Shown: in pieces, positions 48,051 to 60,288 of the stretch
How the letters are laid out: each line of letters starts with the position of its first letter
Numbering within the stretch: the stretch's first letter is position 1
Assembly: GCA_002269645.1 (NCBI GenBank)
Contig: NIVC01000199.1
Coordinates: 248,001 to 312,000, forward strand
Length of the DNA: 64,000 bases
Reading direction: 5' to 3'
Source: Macrostomum lignano
Lineage: Eukaryota
The notes under the pieces: generated by a model
Told to the model about the DNA's origin: nothing
The model's input: the letters and a program-made list of their open reading frames with translations, nothing else
Database searches by the model: none
Program-made: the position numbers and the translations under genes

Positions 48051-50376
48051 ATGGACACAAGCAGCAAGAGCAATGCAGCTAACTTTCCGATTCGAAGTCA
48101 AGAAGATCTTATTGGCCTGATGTCTATGGCAAAGATCTCTACCTCGGAGGTGCAGCCAGTTGTGCAAAGCGTTCACTTTGCCAATGAACTGCTTGATGAT
48201 CAAGTGATGCTGCTAGAGCTTGATGAAGCTCTGTTAGCTAAACTGATCAAGGGAGAAGATCGACTGGAGGTGAAGGGTTCCATTGACCAGGAGGCTGTGC
48301 TGTGCACCAGCGAATGCACTTATGAAGTGCGCGAAGTTGAAACTTCTAATAGTTTGATGTTGTCAACTGACACTCTGATGCCACCGGCTACCGCCTCCGC
48401 TGAGGGACTGGATGGAGGAGGCATTCAGGTTAGAGAGCTGGAGTTTGTTGTTTTTAATTGCTTCAAGTTTGCTTTTAACCAGCAAGTTTGTGCCCGAGGA
48501 TAAACCTGATTTCTGTAGAATTCTCCTGCAAAGGATGCAGAGCATTTTTCCCAGTGATAAACGCTTCTGACTCTCGCGCCACGGACCCCTGGTTCGATTC
48601 TTGGCTAAAGGGGTTGTTTCACAGTCCATGAGGGCCAACCCCCAAGGCACAGAGAGTGTACATACATGCGCAACTGCTGGCCGACATGGCCGATCTGGCC
48701 ACCGTAAATTGTGGTGGACCAGGGGTAAGTCGCAAAAATGCCCACCCCAAAGAATACGGACGTAGTACTAATTAGATAACGAGGCATTTAGCCCTTGTAA
48801 GACAGTAATAGTTACTCCTGCCGTTTACTCAAAATTGCGTTAATTTGCTTAAGTTCAGTTCATTGGTTAGTCGCATTTTTGGTCACAAAGTAAGTCGCAT
48901 AGCCGGTGTAAATCAGGTGGTTTAGGCATGTATGATTGGCGCGCTTGCATATGCTCACTGCTCAGGATTCATTCAGCGGAATGGGCAGATGGGAAATAGA
49001 TGAAACTCACCTGTCGCTCAGGTGCGCCGCAGCTCAATAGCCGCAGTGAAGCACAGCTACGCCGAGCTCAGACGATTGAAACCCGGGCCAGCCTCTCTGC
49101 GCTGCCTGCTGCCCCAGTCTGCCAGCTATCGCGGCCTAGTTGAAGAGCAGGAGGCGGATGCCGATGCTGCAGCTGCCGTAGCCGCCGAGTCGCCTACAAT
49201 GGAACAGCTGAGAACTACTGCTCAGGTATAAAGTTTATATAGCCAGGCGTTCTTTAAGCTATTTGGTATGCTATCAGTAGCGTAGTACTGCACTTTTAGC
49301 CACATCTATAGACTGGTGAAACTGCAAAATAACTCGACATGCTGCTCAAGACGTATAACATTTTTTTACATTGTAAGCATTGTTTTAAAAATAAGAATGT
49401 TGTACCCAGAAAGTTTGTTAATATGGTCAGCAGAAGGCTTCAGTATCAACTAATGTGTATCAGCCTGGATGCATCAGCGAGTAGCAAAGTTCAGGGCAGA
49501 CCTCGAAATAAAAATTACCTTTAAGTGAGCAGGACAGGACAGACGGACACGAAGACAGACAGGCACACAGACAGGCAGACAGACAGGCAGACAGACAGGC
49601 CGACAGACATACAGGCAGACAGATAGAGACTAAGACAGACAGACAGACAGACACCAAGACAGACAGACACTAGACAGACAGACAGACACAGACAGACACA
49701 CAGACACTAAGACAGACAGACAGACAGACAGACAGACAGGCAGGCAGACAGGCAGGCAGGCAGACACACAGACAGACAGACAGACAGGCAGACAGACAGA
49801 CAGACAGACAGACACACAGACACTAAGACAGACAGACAGACAGACAGGCAGGCAGGCAGGCAGACAGACAGACACACATACACTAGACAGACAGACAGAC
49901 ACACAGATAGACACACAGACACTAAGACAGACAGTCAGACAGACAGACAGGCAGGCAGGCAGACAGACAGACACACAGACACTAAGACAGACAGACAGAC
50001 ATACAGACAGACAGACAGACAGACACACAGACACTAAGACAGACAGACAGACAGACAGACAGACAGGCAGACAGACACACAGACACTAAGACAGACAGAC
50101 AGATAGACAGACACCAAGACAGACAGACACACAGACACTAAGACAGACAGACACACAGACAGACAGACAGACACACAGACACTAAGACAGACAGACAGAC
50201 AGACAGACAGATAGACAGACAGACAGGCAGACAGACAGACAGACAGGCAGACAGACAGACACACAGACAGACAGACAGACACACAGACACTAAGACAGAC
50301 AGACAGACAGACAGATAGACAGACAGACAGACAGACAGGCAGACAGACAGACAGGCAGACAGACACACAGACACTA

Positions 50377-50408
<32 letters not shown>

Positions 50409-50664
50409 TCACAGACACTAAGACAGACAGACAGACAGGCAGGCAGACAGACAGACACACAGACACTAAGACAGACAGACAGGCAGGCAGACAGACAGAC
50501 AGACAGGCAGACAGACAGACAGACAGGACAGACAGATAGAGACTAAGACAGACAGCAAACAGACAGACACACAGACACTAAGACAGACAGACGGACAGAC
50601 AGACAGACACACAGACACTAAGACAGACAGACAGATAGACAGACAGACAGTCAGAAAGACAGGC

Positions 50665-50697
<33 letters not shown>

Positions 50698-53693
50698 CAC
50701 AGACACTAAGACAGACAGATAGACAGGCAGACAGACAGACAGGCAGACAGGCAGACAGACAGACACACAGACACTAAGACAGACAGACAGACAGACAGAG
50801 AGCAGCTCAGTGATAAACGCGTGACTCCCGCGCCATGACCCCTGGTTCGATTCCCTGCGCAGCCACATTCATTTGGGACTTATGCACGAAAATTGCCGAG
50901 CGGGTTGTTGTGCGATTCACAACACCCACGAGGCGCAGAGAGTTCCTGACGATTAGAAGTCAAAAAGGCCGCTGTACAGTCGCGTACAGTATTGGCGCGC
51001 TTGCATGTGCTCAGGAGTCAGGGGATGAGGCAGAATTCCTCTGCGAATATTGATTTTTATCTTCTTGCCCGAAGATGAGTGACTCCGAGCTCTCCAGACT
51101 GCTGGACTCTGTCAACGCCATCGAGCTGGATGGCAGGGTTCGCCTGCTGCACGAAGATCTGCCACAGCAGGTGCTGTCGGCCCTGATGTCTGCAGCAGTT
51201 GAGAATGACTGGACTCTGGCCGCCCTGCCAGTTGAAGACGCCTGCGCCTCTCTGGCGGACCTGTACGATCCGAGGGTGACGCGGCGGGTCATTCAGCTGC
51301 ACTCAGTGCAGTCTGGCGTCCTTGGAGACTGCGTTGAGTTGGACTCCAAGCTGGTGAGGAGAAGCTTTTGATTGTGTGCATTGGTAATCTATGCATTGCT
51401 GCTTGTGCCAGTGCTGGCCCTACGGGTTTTACTGAAACTCGCGGAGAGAGCACTGGTTGCCTCTGCCATTTCTCTCTCTTCATTTCACTCTCCCTCTTCA
51501 TTCCCTCTCTTTCTGTCCTCTTAATTCCCTCTCTGTCACTCTTCATTCTCTCTCTTCCCGCTGTCACTCCTCTCACTCCCTCTCCCGCTGTCACTCCTCT
51601 CACTCCCTCTCCCGCTGTCACTCCTCTCACTCCCTCTCCCGCTGTCACTCCTCTCACTCCCTCTCCCGCTGTCACTCCTCTCACTCCTTCTCCCGCTGTC
51701 ACTCCTCTCACTCCCTCTCCCGCTGTCACTCCTCTCACTCCCTCTCCCGCTGTCACTCCTCTCACTCCCTCTCCCGCTGTCACTCCTCTCACTCCCTCTC
51801 CCGCTGTCACTCCTCTCACTCCTTCTCCCGCTGTCACTCCTCTCACTCCCTCTCCCGCTGTCACTCCTCTCACTCCCTCTCCCGCTGTCACTCCTCTCAC
51901 TCCTTCTCCCGCTGTCACTCCTCTCACTCCCTCTGTCACTCCTCTCGATTCCCCTTCCTCTGTCACTCCTCTCAATTCCCCTTCCTCTGTCACTCCTCTC
52001 ACTCCCTCTGTCACTCCTCTCACTCCCTCTGTCACTCCTCTCACTCCCTCTGTCACTCCTCTCACTCCCTCTGTCACTCCTCTCAATCCCCCTCCCTCTG
52101 TCACTACTTATCACTGTCACTCCTCTCCCTCCCTCTTGTCTCCCCTCCTCTCTCTTGCTCTACCTCCCTCTGTCTCACTCCCTAGGCCTACTCAGTATAT
52201 GTGGCCTGCAGTATTCTAAATTTATTATTAAATCCCCACAACGCTCATCACCAGATCAGTCGCACATTCGGGCACTTCCTGCTTCGGCTCGGATCAGCCT
52301 ACGATCTGTCAGTGTTCCTGCCGCTGTGGCAGGAGGCGGTCTCGGACGCTGCCACTGTCAGCTTGGATCATCTAGCTGGCCTCTGTTTAACATCTTCCAG
52401 CCCAGGAGACTGCAGCGAGTCTGCGGACTCCATTACTGTCCGATATTTCCCAGCTGATCTGCTGCCTGACAACCATGCTGCTAGGTTTGCCGAGCTGTTC
52501 AAGGTGAGCGTCTCTGCCTAGCTACTTCTGAGTCTACTTCTGAATCTATATCCCTAGCTACTTGTGAGTCTACCCCTAGCTACTTGTGAGTCTACCCCTA
52601 GCTACTTGTGAGTCTACCCCTAGCTACTTGTGAGTCTACCCCTAGCTACTTGTGAGTCTACCCCTAGCTACTTGTGAGTCTACCCCTAGCTACTTCTGAG
52701 TCTACCCCTAGCTACTTGTGAGTCTACCCCTAGCTACTTCTGAGTCTACCCCTAGCTACTTCTCAGTCTACCCCTATCTACTTCTCAGTCTACTCCTAGC
52801 TACTACTCAGTCTACCCCTAGCTACTTCTCAGTCTACCCCTAGCTACTTCTCTGTCTACCCCTAGCTACTTCTCTGTCTACTCCTAGCTACTACTCAGTC
52901 TACCAATAGCTACTTCTCACTCTACTCCTAGCTACTACTCAGTCTACTCCTAGCTAATACTCAGTCTACTACTAGCTACTTCTCAGTCTACTCCTAGCTA
53001 CTACTCAGTCTACTCCTAGCTACTACTCAGTCTACTCCTAGCTACTACTCAGTCTACCCCTAGCTACTTCTCAGTCTACTCCTAGCTACTACTCAGTCTA
53101 CCCCTAGCTACTTCTCAGTCTACTCCTAGCTACTACTCAGTCTACCCCTAGCTACTTCTCAGTCTACTCCTAGCTACTACTCAGTCTACCCCTTGTTCTT
53201 CTGAGTCTATCCCCTCTAGCTACCTACTTCCTACCTCTCCCAGTCTAGCCACCTGTCAGTCTCACTCTCTTTACTATCTACCTCTCAGTATGCTACTTAG
53301 CTATATCTCAAACTACTTCCATCTCCTTTTCTCCTCCCAGACTACTCGACCTCTCATTCTACGTCTTAGCCTACCTCCTAGCTACATCTCGATATAATCT
53401 AGATTTCTCTTAGTCTACCTTAGTTTCTACCTGTCTACTTCTCAATTACCTTGAGAAGCTACTTTAAACTCTATGGGTGTGTTATGTAGGTAAGCCATTA
53501 ATTAATGTCTCACTACACTACTCAAATGTGCCAAATTACTCGTACTTCGCAGGCCAGGGCCAAGTGGACATTGGAAGATTTGCAGCCCTATCTAGAGTCG
53601 GTCTGTTACGGCAAGGTAACGCCCGGCTCGTTGCTGGCTCGATACGCTCGAGTGTCCAACGCCAACGGTAGAAAGTATTACTCGGCTAGGTGA
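48051..53693 (+). CDS. DSCC1: Sister chromatid cohesion protein DCC1; exons 48051-48428, 49022-49225, 51075-51353, 52255-52503, 53553-53693 (416 aa)
   Basis: [52 protein letters not shown]|[22 protein letters not shown]; all junctions are phase 0. Confidence 0.93.
48545..48995 (+). mobile_element. tRNA-headed SINE plus the second module, DSCC1 intron 1
   Basis: B-box GGTTCGATTC; shares GGCCAACCCCCAAGGCACAG..AGTGTACAT with 753-1140 and the module with 1155-1320. Confidence 0.65.
49525..50800. repeat. Compound (GACA)n/(GGCA)n microsatellite, DSCC1 intron 2
   Basis: About 1.27 kb, directly visible. Confidence 0.97.
50800..51045 (+). mobile_element. tRNA-headed SINE copy
   Basis: AGCTCAGTGATAA A-box-like, GGTTCGATTCC B-box, and the core GGCCGCTGTACA / GCGCGCTTGCATGTGCTCAGG. 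Confidence 0.65.
51545..52095. repeat. 27-bp minisatellite CCCGCTGTCACTCCTCTCACTCCCTCT, DSCC1 intron 3
   Basis: About 14 full units plus shorter derivatives. Confidence 0.95.
52517..53200. repeat. 22-bp minisatellite CTTGTGAGTCTACCCCTAGCTA, DSCC1 intron 4
   Basis: About 30 copies with a polar variant gradient. Confidence 0.95.
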
Positions 53694-54284
53694 AGCTGAC
53701 GCATTCCAATTCTATTTAACTCTAAGCAGTTGCTTAATGCAAGTGCAGTCCATGGTTCATTTTCTTCAAGCGCTGAAAAACTCCATTAGTTTGTCTAGGA
53801 AGCTTTCTGTATGTGGCGGTTTACTTTACGCCTGCAACACGGACGATATATCTACGGCCTTATTTAGAACTGGGGCATATAACCCTGTGTGTACTTCCTC
53901 AAAAAGCGGGAGATCTCCTTGCTGCTATCCTAGCTTTTTTCTTGACGTGAACGATTTTGTCAATTCCAAGTGGCATTTTTGTGGTTTTCTACTGCTGCCT
54001 GTGCTATCAGGGCTAGCAACAAGTTTAAAGCTTTTAAATTCTACATTTAATAATTGCATTTCAATATCGTTGCAATGCTATTCATAATATAACAGCTAAA
54101 AATTGATAAACTGTATCTGTTGGTGTTTCTTTGTTACCGGTTTTTGTCGTTCCTCATTTAGTTTCAAAGTTTTTTGGTGTATTTCATTCTCCTGTAATCT
54201 CCTCGTTTACTTAATACTTTTGCAACAGATTCTTTATTGGTATCTCCATCTCTAACAAAAAACCTCGATAATCTCCACGAAAGT

Positions 54285-54405
54285 ACCTTGATTATCCATG
54301 CAAAAGTACCTCAATAATCCACACCAAAGTACCTCGACAATCCCCACCAAAGTAGCTCGATAATTCACACCAAAGTACCTCGATAATCCCCTTTAAAGTA
54401 CCTCT
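54285..54405. repeat. Short ~23-bp tandem repeat AAAGTACCTCGATAATCC...
   Basis: About 5 copies between DSCC1 and the next gene. Confidence 0.75.
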
Positions 54406-54510
54406 ATAGTTGCAGTCGTACCCCTGAATCTATCTCAAGAAACAGATCTCCCAAGTACCTGAGAATGGAAAACTCAACTGCCTTTTATGCATGTCCTAGC
54501 AACCGCGGTT

Positions 54511-57307
54511 ATGCAGCGCCATCAACACCAGCAGGCGGAATCGCCCAGTCTCAATCGAACCTTTGCTCTGATTGGCTGCGCCACTGCGGCCTGTTTGGTT
54601 GCCGTGTGCGCAGCTGCGGCCGTCGCTTCCGGCGTATTGCCTTCCTTTCGACTGGAATTGTCCACGTGCTCATTGGAAGAGACTACTAGCAGTAGTCTAA
54701 AAGACCGATTGAGCATTCAGCAGCAGTTGCAGAACGTTCGGCGCGACTTGACGAAGGGCCTGTCCAGCTGCGCTGCGGAAGCTTCCGCTGGTAGCGGGGA
54801 GACCGGAGCCCAGTTGGAGTCGGTTCGGTTTGCATTGATCGAATTGCGTCACAGACTAGATCGGCTGTCTTCGGATGTGGCCGAATTGACAGTTGCTATG
54901 CGAAGGCAGCAATCGGTGGCGACACCGGAAGTTAAGCCGAAAGAAAAGCAAGCACCAATCAGGCCTCTGCCAGAGTCTAATGCGGCTCTTACTCAGTCTA
55001 AAAAAGCTGCTAAAGAGAAACCGGAAGTAGCTAAGACTAAGCCGGAAGTAGTTAAAACTAAACCGGAAGTAGCTAAAGCTAAACCGGAAGTAGTTAGAAC
55101 TAAACCAGACATAAAAACCACCGATGCATCTGCTTCAAAAGCGCCCCCGGCGCCGCAAAGAATCCAGCCAAATGCTGGCGATAGAGCGACCCCGCCGATT
55201 CGGGTGATGTCGCAGGTCGACATGCGCCAAGCGGAACTCGACAAGCAGCCGATGGTGCGAGCTGGCAGCGGCGAACTGCTTGGTCGACAGGTGCTGCACG
55301 GCATTAAGCCGAAGAAGATCTTTCAAGATGGCAGACGAATTCCGCCGGTGAAGTTGGAGAGAATCATTGCTGCACCTGGCAGCTCTGTGCAGGTAAAGCT
55401 GAGACAGACTGGCAGACAGGCAGAAAGACAGAAAGACAGACAGACAAAGAATACTATGACGGACGCGAATGCGGCACTAATACGAAATCTCAACAAATTT
55501 CATGCCGCATGCACTTGAAGGGATCTATTTTTAGTCGTACTCCTGTATTACCTCGACTATAAGTAAACAACCTTTGTGATTGCATCATCAGATTAAGTCA
55601 GGCGAATCCGCCAACAGTAAAACTTTCTACCAACTCCGAAAACCCCTCTTCTCACCTGTCAGGTATACATGTTCGACGAGTTGTTATCGGATGTGGAATC
55701 AGACAGCCTGGCTGCCGTTCATTTCAAACGGTTGGAGGCTCTGTCTAACAGGCAGCCAATTGTCTGTTTCGATTCGGAAGCTACAATGCAACGGCTCGTA
55801 GCTGATGAGGCCGGAGTTGTACGCAGAGGGGTGAGCTATTGAGGTTTGGTTTGGTTTTAGCTTCCATAGCTAGCAGCTTGATATTTCTGCATTGGTGAGT
55901 CATGCTCTTGGTTCTCGATCTGGCCCTTGAGGTAAAAAAGTGTGTCGACCCCTGATTTATACAGAATTTTATTATTCAAATTAGAAGCTTCCCATTAAGA
56001 CTTTCCATTAAGAAGCAGAGCTAAAATTCAGGGAATGAGGCAGGTACTATTTTATCTATCTATCTTGACCAACCCGAAACAGCTCTCGTCAGCTGATTTC
56101 ACCGCCGGCACGCGTTGCCTGAACGCGAGTCTGTCCGCAAAAGCTGCTAGTTGGCTTCGCTTTAATTGGACCCGATCGACTGTGTTCTACCCTGGCGAGA
56201 GCCGGTTCACCGCCGGCCCACTGGCTGACAGATTCCTCAAATCCATGGGCTTGCCAGCTAGTCATGCCGGACGCTTGGACGTCACCAGCCATCCTCTTGG
56301 CCAGGGATTCTCTGAACAACTCGATTGTAAAGCTAAAAATGGTGCCAGCGGTGAAATTTTTGCCACCGTGCGGGTGTTTCTGGACACGGTGACGCGTGGT
56401 GGAGAATTTCACCTGCCCAAGCTGGGTATTTGGCTGCGACCGAGGAAGTCTAGGGCGCTGCTTGTGACGCAACTGGCACCAGATACCGGAGCTTGCGAGC
56501 CAGCTGCTGCCTACAATTCTAGCTGGGTGAGTTGCTATGAACTCATATTAAAGTAGCACCCGTGAAAGTTCTTCAGTAGCGTCCTTAAACAGCAGTAGGG
56601 CATGTGACCCTTAATTGTGACCCTCCAATCTGACCGTCAGATAAACGGTTAATAACGTGACGATTAAATAAACGGTTACTATTGTGACCATCAATGTGAC
56701 TCTCCGATGTGACCGTCACCTATACAAATTTGTTCGTTTTTGACGTTTATGTTTTTTATCGAGTCAACCTAACACATAACGGTCACAATGACGGTCTTTT
56801 CATCTTTTGACGGTTACAAATTTGATTAGCAATGTAAAATTTTTTAACGGTCACCCACTTTATACGGAGAAGTATCGTTGTGACTGCCACTTTTAATTGC
56901 ATCTGGGGGCACACAAATAGTATTTTATGTTACTTGTCAATAGTGAAGGATTCTTTCTAAAAAACCAAACTGCCTTTTGAAGTGCCAAAATGTCAATCAT
57001 AACTTCGAATTAAGTCAGCCTTGACACCAAGGGGTTATTTTTCATTTTCAGCCTGTGACGCTGCTATACTTGTGCTGTAATTAATGAGTAAATATTTTCC
57101 ATGAAAATCAATTCGATGCAGGTGCAAACAGGTCGTTCAATAACGCTGACGCAACGATTTCATTACGCTACATTTCCTGGAATTGGCCAGCGGCCAAGCG
57201 AACCGGCACTGCCAATCCGGCCGGCCGACACCCCGGCTGTGATGTGCGACTCCACCGCGCCGCCCTGTCGCTGGAGCGACGAATGGACGGACGAGCATCT
57301 GATCTGA
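54511..57307 (+). CDS. Type II membrane prolyl-4-hydroxylase-fold (2OG-Fe(II) dioxygenase-like) protein with degenerate active site; exons 54511-55392, 55663-55830, 56083-56526, 57122-57307 (559 aa)
   Basis: N-terminal TM, coiled coil and KPEVAKT repeats, then VYMFDELLSDVE, ATVRVFLDTVTRGGEFHLPKLGIWLRPRKSRALL and VQTGRSITLTQRFH, which match the P4H double-stranded beta-helix. All junctions are phase 0. Confidence 0.8.
56595..56860. repeat. MITE-like relic with inverted TGTGACC(G)/CGGTCAC subterminal motifs
   Basis: Several TGTGACC on the left and ACGGTCAC/ACGGTTAC on the right. Confidence 0.4.
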
Positions 57308-59099
57308 GCACTATTGCGTTTTAGATTGTATGCTTACATTCTTATCGTAGCTAAACGTTTGGTTTACATTCAAATTTGACTATTGTTCAGGTATTGCAGT
57401 GCAACAGAACATGATCGTTTTGATCTTATTTACAATAATTGAATCGTAGTCTTTCAAATTGATTTTGATATAGCACTTTAATTGCCTTTTCAAGATTTTT
57501 ATGAATTTTGCTATTTATACTCGTAGAAACTGACTCAATAAGAATGATTTCTAAACTTATCTAGAATCTAGGGATTATGCGATTTAGTTTAATGTTTGAT
57601 TTCAAATTAAAGTTAATTTAGTTCTTAAATGATTTTTGCAGACATCCTGGTATTATGCTTTTAATACATTATATTCCAGATTGATACTTTTGTTGGTTGC
57701 GTCTCGGCTTCTCTGCTTACGAACAAATTTGCTTGTCTGACTTTTGCAAACCAAGTTTTAAAGCAATAAAACAGTCAACAGTGCCTTAATAACATCGAAA
57801 GGTTAGGAAAATTTTATAAACTTAAGAAATTTGGAATGCCTAATTTGCGGAATTTTTATTTCTAATACAATCTGGTAAAATGAAGTATTTAATAAGCCCG
57901 ATTCTTTTATTCCAAGATTTACATGAAAATTTATGAGTTCGTAGAGCATTGTTTTGTTACAATAACATCATTTAAGTTGCTTTTAGGCTGGGTTGCAAAT
58001 AAGGGGGTATCGAGCCTTATCGTGGTGTCCATGTTCAGCACATCGTTAGTGAAGCAGAACTGCAATTGTCGAAGCTAAATATAAGTGTTCTTATCTTACT
58101 CTTGATAGTTTGGTTAATGAAAACTTGAACGTGCTTATATAGCGTTCAAAATCGCATAGCAAATCCAAATTTATCTTGCAGAGAAGTATATCGTATAAGA
58201 AATTTGTCCTCTATTCTTTCTTTCTTGCGATCTAATCCTCGCTTTCCTCTCTTCTCTTACTTTCTTTCTTCTTGGTTTTCTACCATAGACTACCGAATTT
58301 GACTCTGGCTGAGAGCTCGCGAAATACTGTGCTGTGCGACAAACATTTTTCTCCAGACTCTCATACTCGTTATCTCAATTAGGGTCTTTCGCCAATGGAA
58401 AGAGAAAAAACCTAAACCCTGGCGCAATACCAATACAATACCCAGCTACGCTGCAGCTTTGTTATATGCAAGTTAGTCAGAAAAAATAACGAAAAAATTG
58501 ACAAACATTTCTTCATAACTATTTCCAACTTGGCCACATAAAAAGTATCGGCTTCTTTCTTTTAATTTTAGCATAGAGTATCAGCAAATAAAGGTTTCCA
58601 ATTCGAATATGGTTCTAAATAAGCTATGAAAAGTAACTTGACATTTTTACTTTTCACTTTTTGACTAACTTGCACAATCGCTTTATGCTTATAGTTGTCT
58701 TGTTTCTTAACTTTTGCAACAATTTGTTATTTGTTTCAATCACTGCCTCCTTCAATTCTCTCTACATAATCAGTCAAGTACAAAAAATACAAACTAACTG
58801 CCGGTCTATCAAAAGGCAAAATTTGTTTACCAGTCATGTCAGGTCATGTTACTTAGCTTGTATTGCCTTCAAAATAGTTTAGTGCATTCTTTTCCTATAC
58901 GCGTTAATCCGTGATTTTGGAATTTTCCCTCGTACAAGCTTCAGCCAGTAAAAATGTAGGGGGGGCTATCATTAAATTCCATCAGCCAATAAAATTCATG
59001 GGGGGATATCCCCAATTTTAAGGAAGTCTTGGCCATAGACTTGGCTTTCAGATGAGCGATCCTTTCTAATCCTTAATCCATGCCTAGCACCCCCTGCCC

Positions 59100-59170
59100 C
59101 CGGTTGCCGCTGTGAGCCTGTGACTGACTGTGACCCCCCCCCCCCAAAACGAAATCCTAGCTACGCCACT
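59100..59170. mobile_element. Single DNA-transposon-like terminus (..AAATCCTAGCTACGCCACTG)
   Basis: Reverse complement CAGTGGCGTAGCTAGG is a common MITE end; partner end not found. Confidence 0.35.
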
Positions 59171-60288
59171 GTTAAAGCGCACTTCAGATTCCAGCTAAGG
59201 GTCGTTATGCTTGTAGAAGTCGCTGTTAGATACGGATACTTTTAAATTAACGACATAATTCCTAGAAAGTTGGCTCAAATTGAAACGAAATCGAATTTTC
59301 ATCGTGACTTAGTGCTCTAAGCGATCATCAGTGTCGATCATGCAATGCAAACGATGACATGACCGGGAAGACCTGTCTAGTCTTAGTGATGAATACAAAG
59401 TAGTCCTTCACAAACAAGAACGATTAAAGTAGAAGGGGAAATCTGCTTTAAATCAGCATTTTGATTCTTGGTTTGCACGAAAAACATTAACTTTTACCGA
59501 TTTCGGCATAGTTCATGAAAGTAATTTTATAAAAAATCGAATAATATAGGCCTATTCATACTAATTGTACATTTTGGTGGACGTTTGATTTTTAAATCTT
59601 TGATTTAATTAAAAAAAATAGGCCCTAGGTCTAAAGTCCAAATAATGTTTCTTTAAAAAGTTCTACAAATGTTAAAATGCCTGTGTGTGCAAAGTGTGTG
59701 CCTGTGCTTTTCTAATAATAGTAATATAAATAATAATAGGTCCTAGACTAAACTAAACCTAACTTGTTTAATTTCATACTGCAAACATTTAACATTCTGA
59801 TGAAACTATCATACTTTTGTCCTAGACTATAGTCTATAGTTTAAAACAATTATCTGTCTGTTTTGGAACTGAAACATGTCTATATAACCATGTCAGTTTA
59901 ATACAGTTTGACACTCTTTTAAAATTGAAACACTGACAGTGACACTGACTAGCCATGTAACAGTTTTATTTATAGTTTTACTTATAATATAGCCTATATT
60001 ATATAAATCAACATAAATAATCATGATACATATTTTTGTTTGCTATTTTAACTTTTTAAGTTCATTAGCCAAGAACTCAACTATTTGATCCAAGCTTAAG
60101 CTATAATCTATTATAGCTAATTTGTTCTTAATAGTATTATTTTTTATAAAATATAAATTAGTATTTTTATTATAGAGTTAAGGACCCTAAAACATTTTGG
60201 TCTAAAAAATATATATAAAGTAATAATTTTATTTTAAAGCTGAATCTTTATAGACTATGATTTTTTCAAATTTCAGTTATCAATCAAG

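Noticed and set aside
49460-50868. (VCLS)n Cys-rich ORFs
   Set aside because: (GACA)n microsatellite in a DSCC1 intron.
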